From assembly GCF_902713615.1 (NCBI RefSeq), contig NC_052147.1, positions 166,822,410-166,886,409 of the forward strand: a DNA stretch of 64,000 bases. Reading direction: 5' to 3'. The notes below the pieces were generated by a model. It saw nothing but the letters and a program-made list of their open reading frames with translations. It made no database searches and was not told the origin of the DNA. The DNA is from Scyliorhinus canicula. Its lineage: Eukaryota. A program made the translations under genes and the position numbers. Positions 61,301-64,000 of this stretch are shown here, piece after piece; positions within the stretch are counted from its first letter, which is position 1; each line of letters starts with the position of its first letter.

Positions 61301-63415
61301 AGAACTGAAGTGCACAAGTCGGGAACATAGGCTGTCAGGGAAGGACACAATTGAAAAGTGGAACTTGTTCAAGGAACAGATACTACGTGTCCTTGATATG
61401 TATGTCAGGCAGGGAAGAGATGGTCAAGTGAGGCAGCCATGGTTGACAAGAGAGATTGAATGTCTTGTTAAGAGGAAGAAGGATACTTATGTAAGGCTGA
61501 GGAAACAACAGGGCATTGGAGGGATACAAGATAGCCAGGAGGGAATTGTAGAAAGGGATTAGGAGAGCTAAGGGAGGGCATGAAATATCTTTGGCGGGTA
61601 GAATCAAGGAAAACCCCAAGGCCTTTTACACATATGTGAGAAGTATGAGAATGACTAGAGCGAGGGTAGGTCCAATCAAGGACAGTAGTGGGAGATTGTG
61701 TATTGAGTCTGAAGAGATAGGAGAGGTCTTGAACGAGTACTTTTCTTCAGTATTTACGAATGTGAGGGGCCATATTGTTGGAGAGGACAGTGTGAAACAG
61801 ACTGGTAAGTTTGAGGAGATACTTGTTAGGAAGGAAGAAGTGTTGGGCATTTTGAAAAACTTGAGGATAGACAAGTCCCCCGGGCTTGACGGGATATATC
61901 CAAGGATTCTATGGGAAGCAAGAGATTAAATTGCAGAGCCGTTGGTAATGACCTTTTCGTCCTCACTGTCAACAGGGGTGGTACCAGGGGATTGGAGAGT
62001 GGCAAAAGTCATGCCCCTGTTCATAAAAGGGAATAGGTATCATCCTGGGAATTATAGGCAAGTTAATCTGACTTCGGTGGTAGGAAAAGTAATGGAAAGG
62101 GTACTGAGAGATAGGATTTCTAAGCATCTGGAAAGACACTGCTTGATTAGGGATAGTCAGCACGGATTTGTGAAGGGTAGGTCTTGCCTCACAAGTCTTA
62201 CTGAATTCTTTGAGGAGGTGACCAAGTACGTGGATAAAGGTAAAGCAGTGGATGTAGTGTACCTGGATTTTAGTAAGGCCTTTGATAAGGTTCCCCATGG
62301 TAGGCTTATGCAGAAAGTAAGGAGGCATGGGATAGTGGGGAATTTTGTCAGTTGGATAACCAACTGGCTAACCGATAGAAGTCAGAGGGTGGTGGTGGAT
62401 GGCAAATATTCAGCCTGGAGCCCAGTTACCAGTGGCATACTGCAGGTATCAGTTCTGGGTCCTCTGCTGTTTGTGATTTTCATTAATGACTTGGATGAGG
62501 GAGTTGAAGGGTGGGTCACTAAATTTGCAGACGATACGAAGATTGGTGGAGTTGTGGATAGTGAGGAGGGCTGTTGTCGGCTGCAAAGAGACATAGATAG
62601 GATGCAGAGCTGGGCTGAGAAGTGGCAGATGGAGTTTAACCCTGAAAAGTTTGAGGTTGTCCATTTTGGAAGGACAAATATGGATGCGGAATACAGGGTT
62701 AACGGTATGGTTCTTGGGAATGTGGAGGAGCAGAGAGATCTTGGGGTTTATGTTCATAGATCTTTGAAAGTGGATAGAGCTGTGCAGAAGGCCTATGGTG
62801 TGATAGCGTTCATTAGCAGAGGGATTAAATTTAAGAGCCATGAGGTGATGAGGCAGCTGAACAAAACCTTGGTAAGGCCACATTTGGAGTACTGTATGCA
62901 GTTCTGGTCACCTCATTTTAGGAAGGATGTGGAAGCTTTGGAAAAGGTGCAAAGGAGATTTATCAGGATGTTGCCTGTAATGGAGAGTAGGTCTTATGAA
63001 GAAATGTTGAGGGTGCTAGGCCTTTTCTCATTAGAACGGAGAAGGATGAGGGGCGACTTGATAGAGGTTTATAAGATGATCAGGAGAATAGATAGAGTAG
63101 ACAGTCAGAGACTTTTTCCTCGGGTGGAACAAACCATTGCAAGGGTTCATAAATTTGAGGTGAATGGTGGAAGATATAGGTGGGATGTCAGAGGTAGGTT
63201 CTTTACCCAGAGAGTGGTGGGGCATGGAATGCACTGCCTGTGGAAGTAGTTGAGCCAGAAACATTCGAGACCTTCAAGCGGCTATTGGATAGGTACATGG
63301 ATTACGGTAGAATGCTGGGGTGTAGATTGATTTGTTCATAATCTCGGACAAAAGTTTGGCACAACATCGTGGGCCGAAGGGTCTGTTCTGTGCTGTATTT
63401 TCTATGTTCTATGTT
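58345..63415 (+). mobile_element. Near full-length CR1 LINE: ORF1 (zinc finger, leucine zipper, SGNH esterase) and ORF2 (EN, RT), disabled
   Basis: CSSC..CTKC..L..RV..LE..LDEL, VIGDSIVR, DGLHLN; YFNARSIRNK, ITETW, SDH, FADD; tail TCTATGTTCTATGTT. Confidence 0.92.
60075..60949 (-). mobile_element. Internally deleted Mutator-like (MULE) DNA transposon with foldback-type subterminal repeats
   Basis: 8-bp TSD GATTTTGG (60067-60074, 60950-60957). Inverted arrays of ~15-bp GGCGCCAAAACGGC repeats. ORF 60397-60792(-) has PLFRPEIWN..RTNNNAE..H..L..HPTIWKLI, a MULE transposase C-terminus. Confidence 0.8.
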
Positions 63416-63419
63416 CCAC

Positions 63420-63890
63420 CTGGACCTGCATCTTAAGTGCTCTAAGCTACAGGGCTATGCAGGAAGGTGGGATAAGAAAGGACACCTGGCTGACATGGAC
63501 AAGATAGGCCGAATGGCCTCCTTCTGTGCTGTAACCTTTCTATGATTCTATGCTTCTATGATTATGAGGGGCATGGACAGGGTGGATAGTGAGTAGCTGT
63601 TCCCCTTAGTTGAAGGGGCAGTCACAGGGGGACACAAGTTCATAATGAGGAGGTTTAGGGGGGGATGTGAGGAAAAACAGAGGGTGGTGACAGTCTGGAC
63701 AGCAGTGCCTTGGACGGTGATTGTGGCGGGTTGCCTCACATCCTTTAAAAAATACCTGGACGAGCACTTAACATTCAAGGTTTTGGGCCAAGTACTGGCA
63801 AATGGAATTAGGTAGGCAGGTCAGGTGTTTTTCATGCATCGGAGCAGACTCGATGGGCCAAAGGGCCTCTTGTGCACTATATTATTTTGT
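63420..63890 (+). mobile_element. Further CR1/SINE 3' fragments
   Basis: GGCCGAATGGCCTCC-type tails and a MRGMDRVD..LFPLV remnant. Confidence 0.6.
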
Positions 63891-64000
63891 GGGCGCTTCG
63901 CTGTGGCGGAGCCATAACTTTGTGGTGCATCACCTGAATAATCCAAGGTGTGTCAATCAGTTTTGAACTGCTATTCCCCTCCTATTTTTCTGTGTCATGC

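Noticed and set aside
60516-61562. 348-aa ORF as a novel gene
   Set aside because: Chance readthrough from the antisense MULE sequence and repeats into the CR1 endonuclease frame.

Overview
Eukaryotic, TE-dense DNA, very likely from an elasmobranch (shark), given the HE1-type V-SINEs and CR1/HER1-type LINEs. The only intact host genes are three tandem, same-strand, 3-exon gamma-crystallin genes of 175 aa (15082-16587, 29193-30092, 45261-46787). All three have a GC-AG first intron and sit in a tandemly duplicated cassette; 1-~19800 is paralogous to 36398-~50440. The rest is nested transposons: a dead Gypsy element present twice through segmental duplication, L1 and CR1 LINEs, three or four SINE families, solo LTRs, Harbinger elements (transposase plus Myb/SANT gene), a Tc2/pogo-type element and a MULE-type element. 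The most notable item is a non-autonomous Gypsy-type LTR retrotransposon (54808-57999, minus strand) with two LTRs, PBS, PPT and TSD. In place of pol it carries an intronless ~200-codon copy of the N-terminal transactivation region of EYA4 (eyes absent 4), fused in frame to an acidic repeat domain downstream of a Gag N-terminus. Family assignments are from recognised motifs and memory, not database searches.
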